Origin: Cirrosporium novae-zelandiae
Taxonomy: Eukaryota
Direction of reading: 5' to 3'
DNA: 64,000 nt
NCBI GenBank assembly: GCA_026023565.1
Contig: JAPETS010000005.1
Location: forward strand, 496,001 to 560,000
The notes beneath the pieces are model-generated. The model did no database searches, was not told the origin of the DNA, and was given only the letters and a program-made list of their open reading frames with translations. Each line of letters opens with the position of its first letter. Positions within the stretch are counted from its first letter, which is position 1. The position numbers and the translations under genes were made by a program. Positions 23,845 to 35,646 of the stretch are shown here, piece by piece.

Positions 23845-24570
23845 GGTGAATTAGATATATGGAGAGAATATTAAAAGGCTATTTCATGATAACTGGGCCG
23901 TGAAGAAGACGAGAGACGCCTGATACAATTCTAGGATATGGGGGTTTAGCTTTCAAAATTAAGCACTTGAGATATCAAAGTACGATTTGATGAAATTGTT
24001 AATGATAGGGTGTTCATTGTCCTTCAAACCGAATGAATATCCTCGGTCTACGGATAATCGCAGTGTTGACTGTGTGTACTTTTGTCATCCCTGCCACCCC
24101 CGTTTTTCGCTTCCCCGCCAAATGCCAAACGATGGGGCCATGGGGAGCACTGGGGGGGGGCAACTGGGGGCTTCCCTATCTAATCTGAGATCCTTGTATC
24201 AATCCAACGCCTCCCCCTCCTCTATCTTCCATTACATTCATCCTTCTCAACCTCAACAAATTTCCTGATTGTTTCTCTGTCCGAGGTATTTATTGATATA
24301 TTTACCTCGGTCCATTGGCTCAATAGCCCCTTGGAAAAAGAAGTATTACTGGAACCCCCCTACAACTCCCTCAGCTTTCCTAGGTTACCAGATCTGGAGC
24401 TCCGCAATCATCATCCATGTAAAACGGTTCCTTGTCGTCCTTTCCACCGGGTTGGCAAAATTATACCCATTCATCCTCTATAAAACTCGCTACTATTATC
24501 CATATCTCTACTACTCTTTATCAGTTTTCTATTTTGCCTTGGTCAGGCCCTCGTCAGTTTTATCGTCAAG

Positions 24571-26171
24571 ATGGCTCCATTGAATCATTTGGTGTGCAAT
24601 GCTCTCCGAGCTGCTCGGGCATGTTCCCTCTCCACAAGCTTAGGCATTATTGAAAATTGCTGACTATCGCTTTCTGTAGGCCCCAACAGTTAAGCGTACA
24701 TCTACCCTTCTCTCCAGACACTATGCATCAGCTTCAGAACCATCTCTTAAGGAGACACTGGCGGGGGTTATCCCAGCTAAAAGAGAACTCTTGAAGAAAG
24801 TGAAAAGCCATGCAGGAAAGTCGATAGGTGAAGTCAAGGTTGAAAACACAATTGGAGGCATGAGGTTCGTTATGTGTTGAATCCCCTGATTATGCTGGTT
24901 CTAACACAAATGGTGGTGAATATAGGGGCTTAAAGGGAATGGTCTGGGAAGGTTCGGTTCTCGATTCCCATGAGGGTATCCGATTCCACGGCAAGACAAT
25001 CAAAGAATGTCAGGAGGTGCTCCCAAAGGGCACATCAGGCACCGAGATGCTGCCAGAAGCAATGTTCTGGCTTCTTCTCACTGGACAGGTTCCATCAACA
25101 CCACAAGTTCGACAGTTCTCCCGCGAACTAGCGGAAAAAGCAGCACTTCCAAAGTTTGTCGAGAATATGATGGACCATTTCCCAACAGATCTCCACCCAA
25201 TGACTCAATTTGCTTGTGCTGTGTCTGCGCTGAACCATACATCTGTATTCGTTAAAGCTTATGAGAAAGGGTTAAACAAAGCTGAATACTGGGAACCGAC
25301 TTTCGATGACTGCATCTCTCTGATAGCAAAATTGCCTACTATCGCAGCCAAGATCTATCAGAATTCCTATCGCGGCGGGGGGCCATTGCCTGCTAAAATT
25401 GATCTTGATCAAGATTGGGCATATAACTTCGCAGCTATGCTAGGAAAGGGGGACAAGGAGCACGAAAGCTTCCAAGATCTGCTACGGTTATACTTGGCTT
25501 TGCATGGAGATCATGAAGGTGGAAATGTATCTGCGCACGCGACCCATCTTGTTGGAAGTGCCCTCAGTGATCCGTTCCTAAGCTATAGCGCGGGACTTCA
25601 AGGTCTGGCGGGTCCATTACACGGGTAAGGCCCATCCCCCATTCTCATTAGGGATGTTGAATTTTAACGGATTTGTAGGCTTGCCGCGCAAGAAGTGCTA
25701 AGATGGACATTAGCCATGAAGCAGCAGATCGGCGATTCCTGTTCAGATGAAGAGGTCAAAGACTTCCTGTGGAAGACCCTCAAATCAGGACAAGTTGTAC
25801 CGGGATATGGTCACGCCGTTCTTCGAAAGCCTGATCCCCGCTTCTCAGCCCTAATGGATTTCGCATCTTCCCGTCCAGAAATAGCCCAAGATCCCATCTT
25901 CAAGCTGGTGAAGCAGAACTCCGAGATCGCACCACAGGTGCTCATCGAACACGGCAAGACCAAAAATCCATACCCAAACGTCGACTCGTCATCCGGCGTT
26001 CTCTTCCACCACTACGGCTTCCGCGAAACACTGTACTATACCGCCACTTTTGGCGTCAGCCGTGGCCTGGGACCCCTGGCCCAGTTGATCTGGGACCGCG
26101 CTTTGGGCCTCCCGATCGAGCGGCCAAAGAGTATCAATCTTCAAGGCATTCTTGATTTGGTTGAAAAGTAA
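24571..26171 (+). CDS. mcsA: Mitochondrial 2-methylcitrate synthase (4 exons)
   Basis: Presequence, [63 protein letters not shown]; context next to methylisocitrate lyase. Confidence 0.88.
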
Positions 26172-26771
26172 TTGGATCATCTGAATTTTCTTGTGGGAAG
26201 GGGTTTTGTTTCTGGATAGCATTGGCGTTAAATCTGGATTTACAATAGCTCGAGGTTGGTTGACTGTGGCAATGTAAAATTGTGTGTGCATCAGAGAGAG
26301 AACTTCTATTCTTTTGGGGGAATTTGAGAAATTAGGTAGTCCTAAGTATCAGTATCTATTTAAATCGGGAAGATCTTAACATGAAAACTCTAGAAAGCTT
26401 AGAAACTGTTGGATAACGTGATAGGTAGCTAAATAGATTGATAATTACTAGAAATACTTGAGACGGTTAGGTAATTTTGGTATGGTCATTTATGTATGTG
26501 ATCCACCAACCATCATGACTATGTCGGGGGATACCAGTAAACGAGACAAAATAAACAGACAGAAAAACAGGTAATAATTGGAAGAGTTATTATTTATTCA
26601 TATTATTATATACAAAAAAATATCTTCAAATCGGAGAGATTTTCATATCCGACCATCATAACCGTCACCTTCCTTAGCCAAGCCATACAAACAACCTAGC
26701 ACCGAGATAGGATCAGAAGTCCCATATACACACACACATTTATCACCGCCATCACATCCCCAAACCCGCAT

Positions 26772-29700
26772 TCAAATCCTCATCGACTCCGGCGGCCCCA
26801 TATAACTATCCCTAACCCCTCCCAAATCAAGAACGATCTTCTGGAACAGAACTCCAGGTTCCATCGCCCACAAATATAGTACATGCTCCCCAGCCTTCCC
26901 GAACCCCATTCCCTCTAGCGAAACCGTACTCTCCCAGACCCCATCCACGACCGCGTCATCCCACCCGTCTGGCAGTGTTCCCAGATCTGTGGTAGGGACG
27001 TACTGGACAGTAGTTAGGGATTTGGAGGTTGGCGAGGCATCGTCGATGGAGAATACATATTTGAGGGGGTTGGAGGGGGATGTGTTGAGGGCGGTTGTGA
27101 GGTAGAGGGTCAGGTTTGCAGTGGTGCAAGGGGTGAAGGTGTAGAGGTTGTAGGAGAGGTAGGGGGAGTTCGGGGGAGATTGCGGGGAGATGGTCTCCGG
27201 CATGAGGGTTATGCTGGAGTGGGTCCGGGAGAGGCCGGGGATGGTAACGTAGTGTGCGGCAGAGTCATCATATGAGGAGTTGGAAGAAGAAACGTTTTGA
27301 GAAAAGTGCGCAGCTTCAATTGAGACTGTGGCATCCGATTCGACAAAGCCGTGGAAGGTTTCTGGCGCTGCGGTTTTGTTTATGGGCAGGTTTACTTGAG
27401 GGAGATCGAAGTTTCCGTAGTCTGTTGAGGATGTGACATTAATGTAGCAGATGTTGGTGCCGTTGGGGGCGGAGGGCCAGTCTACGGAGACGAGGACCCG
27501 GGCGTCAGTGTTGTTTGCGGAGGCTGATAAGGTACCGGTAGTCGGCGTGACTGTGACCCATGGGTTTACGGGCGTGATAGTAAAGGTGAAGGCGCCGGTT
27601 CCCCGGGAATATATGTCGATCCAGCGGGTAGAGGGGCCGTAGGGGTCCATTGGTGGGAGCACAAGTGTGAAGTTTGACAGGCCCTCGTTGTAGTCGCTAT
27701 CACCGGGTACGCTGCCGTTGCTGCCTTCGACTGAGACGCCGAGGTTGCCGGCGAGACCCATTTCGAGGGTTTGCGTCCACATGAGTCCTGGGAGGGTGTT
27801 CCGCATTGGTTGCTGCCTTGAAAGAGGGTGAGTAGAATGTTTTGAGGCGTGCTTGGGTTCTGATGTGTTGGAGGGGGGGCTTACCAATAGTCATATCCGA
27901 GATGGGTTTGGTCCATCATATGGTTCCATTTTCCGTTTAACAAGGAATGATAACGGACTGTGAGGCTATGATCTTCATTGAAAGCTTGTAGGACTTCTTT
28001 TGCGACTGTGTTGGCAATGGTGCGTCGCTGTTCGGCATACATGTTATTTCTTGCAGCATTGATGTGGATGTAGTTGACTACATAGCCAGCAAGGCACGGG
28101 TGCAAGACGAGTTCGAAGAACGAGGGTTGTGCATCAGATGATAGTGCGTCATAAACGGTTTGGGCCTTGGCAATCATCGTCTGCCACTCCTCGAGCACGG
28201 AGTCAGCTTCGTTATAATTGATCAAACTATATGTTGAGGTATCAATGTCTTCGTATTTTCTTCTCCCAGCAAGAATGGAATAGTTGTACATGACTTCGGC
28301 GGTGGCATCTGCAACGTCGGTTCCAAACTCCCTAGCAGCCCATTGGCTGAGCCAGGAATAGATGCTGTCTGGAGAAGACCATGTGTCAATATCGAAAGCC
28401 AGATCAAAAAAGTGGCTGATTGGAATTTCCTACACTCATTAGTATACCCACCAAGTGGGGAAATATGGTGAGACAAACCAGGGCTTTGAGATCTCCAACA
28501 TTGACAATCCATATCTGCTGTACCCCTTTTTCATAGGCCATATGCATCTGTTGCCATGTCTTTTGCAAATTGATCGTATTGATCCACTTATAGTCCCGAG
28601 GGTCTCCCACATAGTCAAAATGATAATAGATGCCTGCACCACCGGCACGGTCTGTCTCGTTATCCAGAGGAAGCCTTTGGTTGTTCCCCCAGTTATCATC
28701 AGCCCACAGCATAGTGATATCATCTGGTACTGATAGACCTTGTTGTAAGTATTTTCCAACTTCTTTGTACAAACACCACATCTGAGGGATTGCAGAAATG
28801 TTTGTTGTGTTGTAGACATCAGCAAGAATTTCTTGTTGTACAGTGATGATATCCTCAAGAGATGAAGCGTTGAGGGTTGGAGAAGCAGTATCTTCAAATA
28901 GTTATGTCAACACGCTTTGCTCTTTTCAAATAATCATAAGTTTACTTACCTCCCGATCCTCGCATGCCCATTGTGAACATATTTTCATAGGGGGAGGCCC
29001 TCTCCGCACCATATCTCATGAATTCGGTGACGTTGGCTTTGTTAGTATTCCAGGCCCAATTTCCGTGGAGGAATGTAGATTGCTCTTTCGTAGCCCTCAT
29101 CATCGGTTCGGTGTGGCTTGTTCCCATAACAATGCCATACATATCAGCGGTGTATTCATTTTTTGGGTCGTCGACGTTGAACATAGAATCCCACATTGTT
29201 GGCCAACTTCAGGTTATTAATTAGCACACTGTCGGGCTCATCCAAAACTAGTCTTCGCAACAAATAAAGGGACGTTTTGTAGTAAAGTTATTTTACTAGG
29301 AATTCTTCCAAGCACATCACGAACATGGGTTCCTTAACGTGTATAATCTCGCTGCAATGGAAAAAATTCGGGAAACTTTTAGAGCACCTTCTAGCTCTCT
29401 GGCTTTTTGGCTTGGCCTGCTCTGTCTTGTTGCAAACACTCTTTGGAATAATGGAAATGGCTTACAGGTAGTTAGCTCGAAGTCTCAGCAAGAGCTCGAA
29501 AACGAGGGAGTAGAATTCCGCATTGTATCCCGGTCCATATTCGCCTTCAGGGTAATTGGCGTTGATCCAATTGGTAAGAGCGGGCTATCGAGGGAAACGC
29601 TTAATTAATAAAAGCATACTGATTCTGGTACTGGAGCAAACTTACCTGTTCGTCATTCAGAAACAGTCCTCTGTATTTCACCGAAGGTGGCCCGCTCAAT

Positions 29701-30263
29701 TTGGTGACATTTAGGGCATATATCTCATCATGTTCATCTGATGGGACATCCGCCCAAAAGTACCACGGCGAGACTCCTATCTGTTCAGATATATCATATA
29801 TGCCGTAGATCGTTCCTCGTTTGTCACTCCCAGCAATTATCAATGCCTCAGAGACCCCGTCAAAGGGGCTGGAGATAATCTGGGATTGGAAGGATTCCCA
29901 TTTACCCTTTGTTTCGGTCACGTCGAGCTTTCCACTTTGGATGAGAGAATCGATGAGAGTTGAATTTCCAATTGTACCCAAGATGATTGCCTTTGAGCCG
30001 ACTCCGGATAAAGATGTACCATTTAAAGTAGATAAGGTCAGGTTCGTTCCGACAACACGACCAAAATCGGCTGCTAGGTCCTTCGCAGCACGGATTACTC
30101 CTGGCCAATCATTTTCAGATAACACCAATGAGGTTGATGTGCCATCACCGACCAATTGTAGAGCTCCAGAAGATGAGCTAAAAGCAATGGATTTTTCCTG
30201 TCCAAGGCCGACGACAACAGAAGCCAGATAAAAGGGCAAAAGGAAAATTGGTAGCACCTTCAT
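26772..30263 (-). CDS. Secreted GH115 alpha-glucuronidase (multi-exon)
   Basis: Signal peptide; AGSDKRGTIYGIYDISEQIGVSPW, KYRGLFLNDE-QPAL, LLRLRANYL-WPTMW, GTSHTEPM, DDNWGN, YYHFDYVG, NVGDLK, GKWNHMMDQTHLGY. The junctions checked keep frame. Confidence 0.93.
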
Positions 30264-30686
30264 GGCGGAAGATTAACCAAATATGAAAGAAGGTGGCGGA
30301 GAAAACATGACTTGTAGCGCCAACTCCAAGTCCTTATATATTGAGGCATTGCGCGTCAAGTGATGGCAATAGCAAGTTGGAGATCTACCATGGAATGCCT
30401 GAATGCGTAAATGCTTTACCCAGAATATTAGTCCAAGAGACGAGGACTGCCATCCGGTTAAATGAAGATGGACGGAAGACATGTGCATGATAAAAGATTA
30501 GGAATGTGAAGGATATATAGAAAATAAAATCTGGAGATATCTGGGGAATGTGGAAAGTGCTCCGCAAATGGTGGTTGAATTTGCGGGGGGTGAATCTAGA
30601 ATTTAGGCATTTCAATATTTACCCGCCACGCCGCCATTTGGATGATGCCATTGTCGTTTGATCGGGTGCCTGCAGTAAATATGCGT

Positions 30687-30724
30687 GTGCCTGAATTGTG
30701 TGCCTGAATTGCGTGCCTGAATAT
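30687..30724. repeat. 13-bp tandem repeat GTGCCTGAATTGY, about 3 copies
   Basis: gtgcctgaattgt gtgcctgaattgc gtgcctgaatat in the GH115-GH53 intergenic region. Confidence 0.8.
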
Positions 30725-31467
30725 GAATTATCTATCCATGAGAAATCAAATACCTAGGTAATTAATGATTATATAATTCACAGTCCTTCCTCACCACCAT
30801 CTATCTACTCTTCACATTTTATGTTTCATTTTCAACCCCCCGTCGAAACCATCACCTCTTCATAATTGGGGGGATAATCTGTCCAACATGCTCCCTGCTC
30901 TGCCTCTTCTGTATATGGTGACATGGCGACAGCCGAAAACAGACTACGGGGGTGAATTTCAACGGAGAAGGTCTCGTTTCTGGTTGTTGGACAAAAGAAT
31001 CTTCAACCTTGTTATTCTACTAATCTATGAACGTCATTAGTCTACCTACACTGGGCCATGAAGATTCTTAATGGGTTAGGCTACTCATAATTCGCCTTAA
31101 CCCCAGAGTATTTCTCCAACCTCACCCCCGCCGTATTACCATGCTAAATATTGTATTATACCACTATATACCACCTTTCGGTATTGAACTACTCTCATGG
31201 AATGTCCCGTCCAAGGCAGCATCCTGAAACTACTACCTCCCACCTTGTCTCTCCCACATTCCGTCTTTCATTTCCAGTTTCATACGTGCCACTTAATAAA
31301 TATTTCGGAGAATTTATTCTGTTTCCTCTATGAATTTGCTTCTGATCGAGTGCGCATGTTTCTATATATTTCTTAGCCATGGCCGCTGTTAATACTATGC
31401 TTTCTGACCCTATCCTCAAGGAACGAGCCGTCAGTGATTTCGTTTCAGCATCTCCCTTTTCGCAAGC

Positions 31468-32595
31468 ATGAAGCTCTCAGCCTTCCTACTCTCCATCTGC
31501 TCCCTGGCAGCCGCAGTTGCTGCCAGTCCAGCCATGGAGCCCCGCAGTACTACCTTTTACAAAGGCCATGATCTTTCGTCCACCAAAATGCTCGAAGATA
31601 GTGGATACACATATTACACGACTGCTGGCAAGGAGGCCGACATTGAAGATATCCTAGGAGATGGTGGCATGAACACCGTCCGTCTTCGCCTCTGGGTAAC
31701 TGATGATGGAACATATGGTCTGAACTACAATCTTGAACTCGCCAAGCGATTCTACAAGGCCGGGTATAATATCTACCTGGACTTTTTTTTCAGTTCCACG
31801 TGGGCCGACCCTTCCAAGCAGTATATCCCAACTGGATGGCCGACTACCCTCTCCAAGCTCGAGACTAAGCTAAGGTCCTATGTCAAGTCTACTCTTGTCG
31901 CCTTCGACGATGCCGGCGTCGAACTAGCCATTATCTCGCTCGGCAACGAGATCACCGCCGGCATGCTCTGGCCTCTTGGCCGTGTGGACGTATCGCTCTC
32001 TGAAACAAAGCGTATAGCCAACTTCTCGAATTTCGCCAATCTGTGGATGGCTGCTCGTAATGGAGTCACTGATGCTGTGAGTGCTGGCGTAACACAGCCA
32101 AAGGTTATGATTCACCTAGATGACGGATATGACGAGGATAAGCAAGGAACGTGGTATTGGACGCTGATGAAAACGGGCATTGTCACCACAGATGACTGGG
32201 ATCTCATCGGTGTATCCTTCTATCCATTCTACGGAACATCTGCAACTTTTTCCAACCTAAAGGCCTCTCTCAACTACCTCGGCTCTGTATATTCTAAGCC
32301 AATGCTAGTGGTGGAGACCGATTGGCCTATGTCGTGCTCTGGAGTCACACTGAGCGAGTCCAGCATTCCGATCAGCGTCGCCGGCCAGACTACATGGGTG
32401 AAAGACATTGTGTCGCTCATGAAAAAATTGGATGATTCTTTGGGCGTGGGTGTTTTCTACTGGGAGCCTGGTTTCATGAACAACAGTGCCTTGGGCAGCT
32501 CCTGCAGCGATAATCTTCTATTCTCTGCAGATTGGGACGACTGGCCGGAAGTCACTTCCACGGCGAGAAGCAGCGTTAACATGTTCTCCTCATAG
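31468..32595 (+). CDS. Secreted GH53 endo-beta-1,4-galactanase (intronless)
   Basis: Signal peptide, KGHDLSS, TVRLRLWV, TWADP, acid/base GNEI, GVSFYPFY, nucleophile VETDW, GVFYWEP. Confidence 0.93.
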   Translation: MKLSAFLLSICSLAAAVAASPAMEPRSTTFYKGHDLSSTKMLEDSGYTYYTTAGKEADIEDILGDGGMNTVRLRLWVTDDGTYGLNYNLELAKRFYKAGYNIYLDFFFSSTWADPSKQYIPTGWPTTLSKLETKLRSYVKSTLVAFDDAGVELAIISLGNEITAGMLWPLGRVDVSLSETKRIANFSNFANLWMAARNGVTDAVSAGVTQPKVMIHLDDGYDEDKQGTWYWTLMKTGIVTTDDWDLIGVSFYPFYGTSATFSNLKASLNYLGSVYSKPMLVVETDWPMSCSGVTLSESSIPISVAGQTTWVKDIVSLMKKLDDSLGVGVFYWEPGFMNNSALGSSCSDNLLFSADWDDWPEVTSTARSSVNMFSS

Positions 32596-33738
32596 ACTAA
32601 TTTTAATCGTGAAGCCTGTTTGTTCCCGGGTTTCCGATTCCAAAGCCGACTGGGTAATGGTTAGCTCCTCACAAGTGTATATACCGATGACTATATAACT
32701 CAAGGATCTCCCCTAAAATTCCAAAAAGAAAAATCTTCCATCCATCTATCAAAAAAACTTAACCGTTTTGGTCCAAATCTCCATCTCCATCTTTCTTAAA
32801 AAGCCACTAATATACTGTAACCTAAACTATTGGATTCTATCTATCGTTTCAATAATAACAGCTAGAACTTTTAGATAGGATAGTGTCAATCTCACGAAAC
32901 GAAACGGGCAAATATCAAATGTAACTTGTCATAAATAGCCTAGTACACAAACAAGCCCACGTAGGAACTTGAGCTGGTAGTAGTGGGACGTTTCTTACGT
33001 AGCATACCTACTCAAGTAGTACATGGTACAGTAAAACAGAAATCGAAATCAGCCGACAGGGGGTGCGGGGGTGCGGGGGGGAGGGACAAATTATCGTGTC
33101 ATTATTTTCATTATCTTGAGAGCATAAATAAATCACAGCCAACCCCCTGACCCGTTTGAACTCTTCTAGAGTCGGTTAAGTATCCGCTTTCGTTAACACT
33201 TCGAAAAACTTCATTGTTTCTTCTTCTTTCTTCTTCTTCTTCTGGCTGTCGTACTTTACAGCCGACCATCTCGACTATATGGTTATCGTTATCAACATCA
33301 AAGCACAGTAGGTAGGTAGCACCCGGGTGGGCTTCAATAGGGTCCTAGATATCTCCAACAATCTACCTAGGTAGCTATAGAATTACTTGTTTGGGTAATT
33401 ATAATTATTCCAAGCAAACCCCGGGATCAATTACTATTAAATATTGTTTGTTTTTTTTATTTCTTTTAAATGGATGATTGCTTGCTCGTTTACTATGATA
33501 GGCTTGTTTGGATTTGTGACTACAGGGGCAAGAAATAAGATAATAAATGTGTTCAAGATGTTGCTGTGGCAAGTGATGAAAAGTATTAAAAATGCTCCGA
33601 CTTCCTTTCACTAGCTCAGTTGTCATGGCGAAAAAAAGTTCGAAAAACTGTCACCGCATACGATCTGAAGAATTCCACAACCTGAGGTTGGTAGAAAGGA
33701 GTCTTGTGTCCACTCAGTTACGCCCTAGTTCCATTGCG

Positions 33739-34314
33739 TTATATCGAGATAGCATACGCCAACTTTCTTATCTCCTCCGGCGCCGTTTCGTCCTCGGGAA
33801 CGATCCAGCTCTCTCTCCTCTCCCACATATTTAGATATCTCCTCAGCCCCCCATGCCCCTCCAGGATATCCATATCGTAAACACCCTTTGCAAATTGCAC
33901 CGTGGATAGCAACACACAATCAACCAACATCGGCCTCTCTGTTCCCATTAACCATCCCCCTCTCATCTTTCCATCCCCCCCAACATACCTCTCCAACAAG
34001 TCTAGCTGCTTATGCATCTTTTCGAGGCCCACGTTTGCAACAACCGCGAACTGTTTCTCGAGAGGGACAAACAGCTGGCGGCTTTGATGCATATACAACC
34101 CCAGCCAGCCAGTCGCTTCATCAAGTACGCCTAGCATGTCTCTCCCCTTCGCTCTCAACTCCGGCGTTGCGCCCCTCATATCCGGCTCCGGAAACCGATC
34201 TTCCAGGTATTCCAAAATCGGCACCGACTGGTGGATATACGCCCCCGGGGATTCGGGCGCGCCGATCTGGAGCATCGGAAAGGTTAGTGTTTCGGGCTGG
34301 GAGGGGGAAGGCAT
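33739..34314 (-). CDS. Glutathione S-transferase-like protein, apparently N-terminally truncated
   Basis: TFPML...QSVPILEYLEDRFP (cis-Pro loop and SNAIL-like helix), C-domain WLMGTERPMLVDC; no upstream exon found for the first beta-alpha-beta unit. Confidence 0.65.
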   Translation of the reverse strand: MPSPSQPETLTFPMLQIGAPESPGAYIHQSVPILEYLEDRFPEPDMRGATPELRAKGRDMLGVLDEATGWLGLYMHQSRQLFVPLEKQFAVVANVGLEKMHKQLDLLERYVGGDGKMRGGWLMGTERPMLVDCVLLSTVQFAKGVYDMDILEGHGGLRRYLNMWERRESWIVPEDETAPEEIRKLAYAISI

Positions 34315-35084
34315 GGTGGGGGTAGAATAAAAATGCTAGCTAAGAGACTGATAGGACTATCTGCCTTAGGCTTGAAGAACTTGAAAAGAATTTAGGGGAG
34401 AAGATAACCAAAATATATAGATTCGATATTCGGTTTATTTTTCGCGCAATGATGAATACTGCATACAGTATCTTCGATGAATTAGAGGAATGGTTCCGAA
34501 AAGTCCCCGAGTGCTGCTATATATTCCTCAAGAAACCTCCGAAATATATCCCGTTGGGAATATCATTTTAGGGTTGTTAGGAAACAATTGAGGAACCATC
34601 GTGCTTAACAAGGAGATTAGCGCTGGCTTGATTGTTCTAAGGCAGGTTTTGCATCTGGCATCCTTAAGCTGTTGCCATCCATGGGTCTCGCAAGGCACCA
34701 AGGCAGGATGAACAGAAATAGCATTCTGAGAGCATTGCAGATAAGAGTTTGGAGAAGGATTAAACCCAAAAGAATGCAAGTACCTAAGGTAAATATATTA
34801 TTCAACGGAAGGGCTAACAGATGCAAACAACGATTAGTAAAATGATATAATTTTAGGAGAGGGGTGGACGGCTTCGGGGCAAAGCCTGAGAGCATCGAAG
34901 TAAAATTTGACGTGGTTGAGCCCGACCTCGACCCATTACCAGTCGCATATCTGGCTGTACCTTGTACTGTGGTCTCAAGCGAAATAATCCATAGTACGAT
35001 GAAGCACTCCTGGTGTGCTCTGGTCTGGTTATGGAAGAGGGATTGATTGATTGATTAATCTAAGTCGCTTACAGTAGCGCCTAC

Positions 35085-35186
35085 AAACGGTACAAACATG
35101 TAAACGGTACAAACATGTAAACGGTACAAACATGTAAACGGTACAAACATGTAAACGGTACAAACATGTAAACGATGCAAACATAT
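35085..35186. repeat. 17-bp minisatellite AAACGGTACAAACATGT, 5 perfect copies plus 1 degenerate copy
   Basis: Direct reading; units start at 35085, 35102, 35119, 35136, 35153 and 35170. Confidence 0.95.
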
Positions 35187-35646
35187 AGATAACTCATACT
35201 CTCCACAGTCTTGTAACCAATTCCACACGGAATTTAACTATTTCAGGCAATTACTAGGCCTTAGACCACATTGCTAGAGAATACTTTCAAGCTGAGTTTT
35301 CGCTATGAATTATTTCGCCTCATACCACACAAATAGATACGACGTAACTATCTCTAATCTCCAACCCTCGGCCTAAGGCGATCGTCACACAAAGATTTAC
35401 CAATGATTCTGCTCGTCTATCTCGAACTAGTTGGATGGCTCCAACTCATATCTTGATAAGCCAACAAGAATGGCATGAGGCGTTCGGTTAGCAATCACAG
35501 CTACAAAAGCCACAAGTCCCCCTGTCGCACTTTCAGAAGTACCTATTTAATATTCACTTTTTGTGTACTTTGTAGCTTCGTCGGGATATCAGGTTGCCCT
35601 TGCTACATACATATCAAAGATCCAATTGATAACCCAAGCGGAAATT

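Noticed and set aside
35085..35186. Possible CRISPR-like array
   Set aside because: Units abut with no unique spacers, no cas genes are present and the context is eukaryotic; it is a minisatellite.
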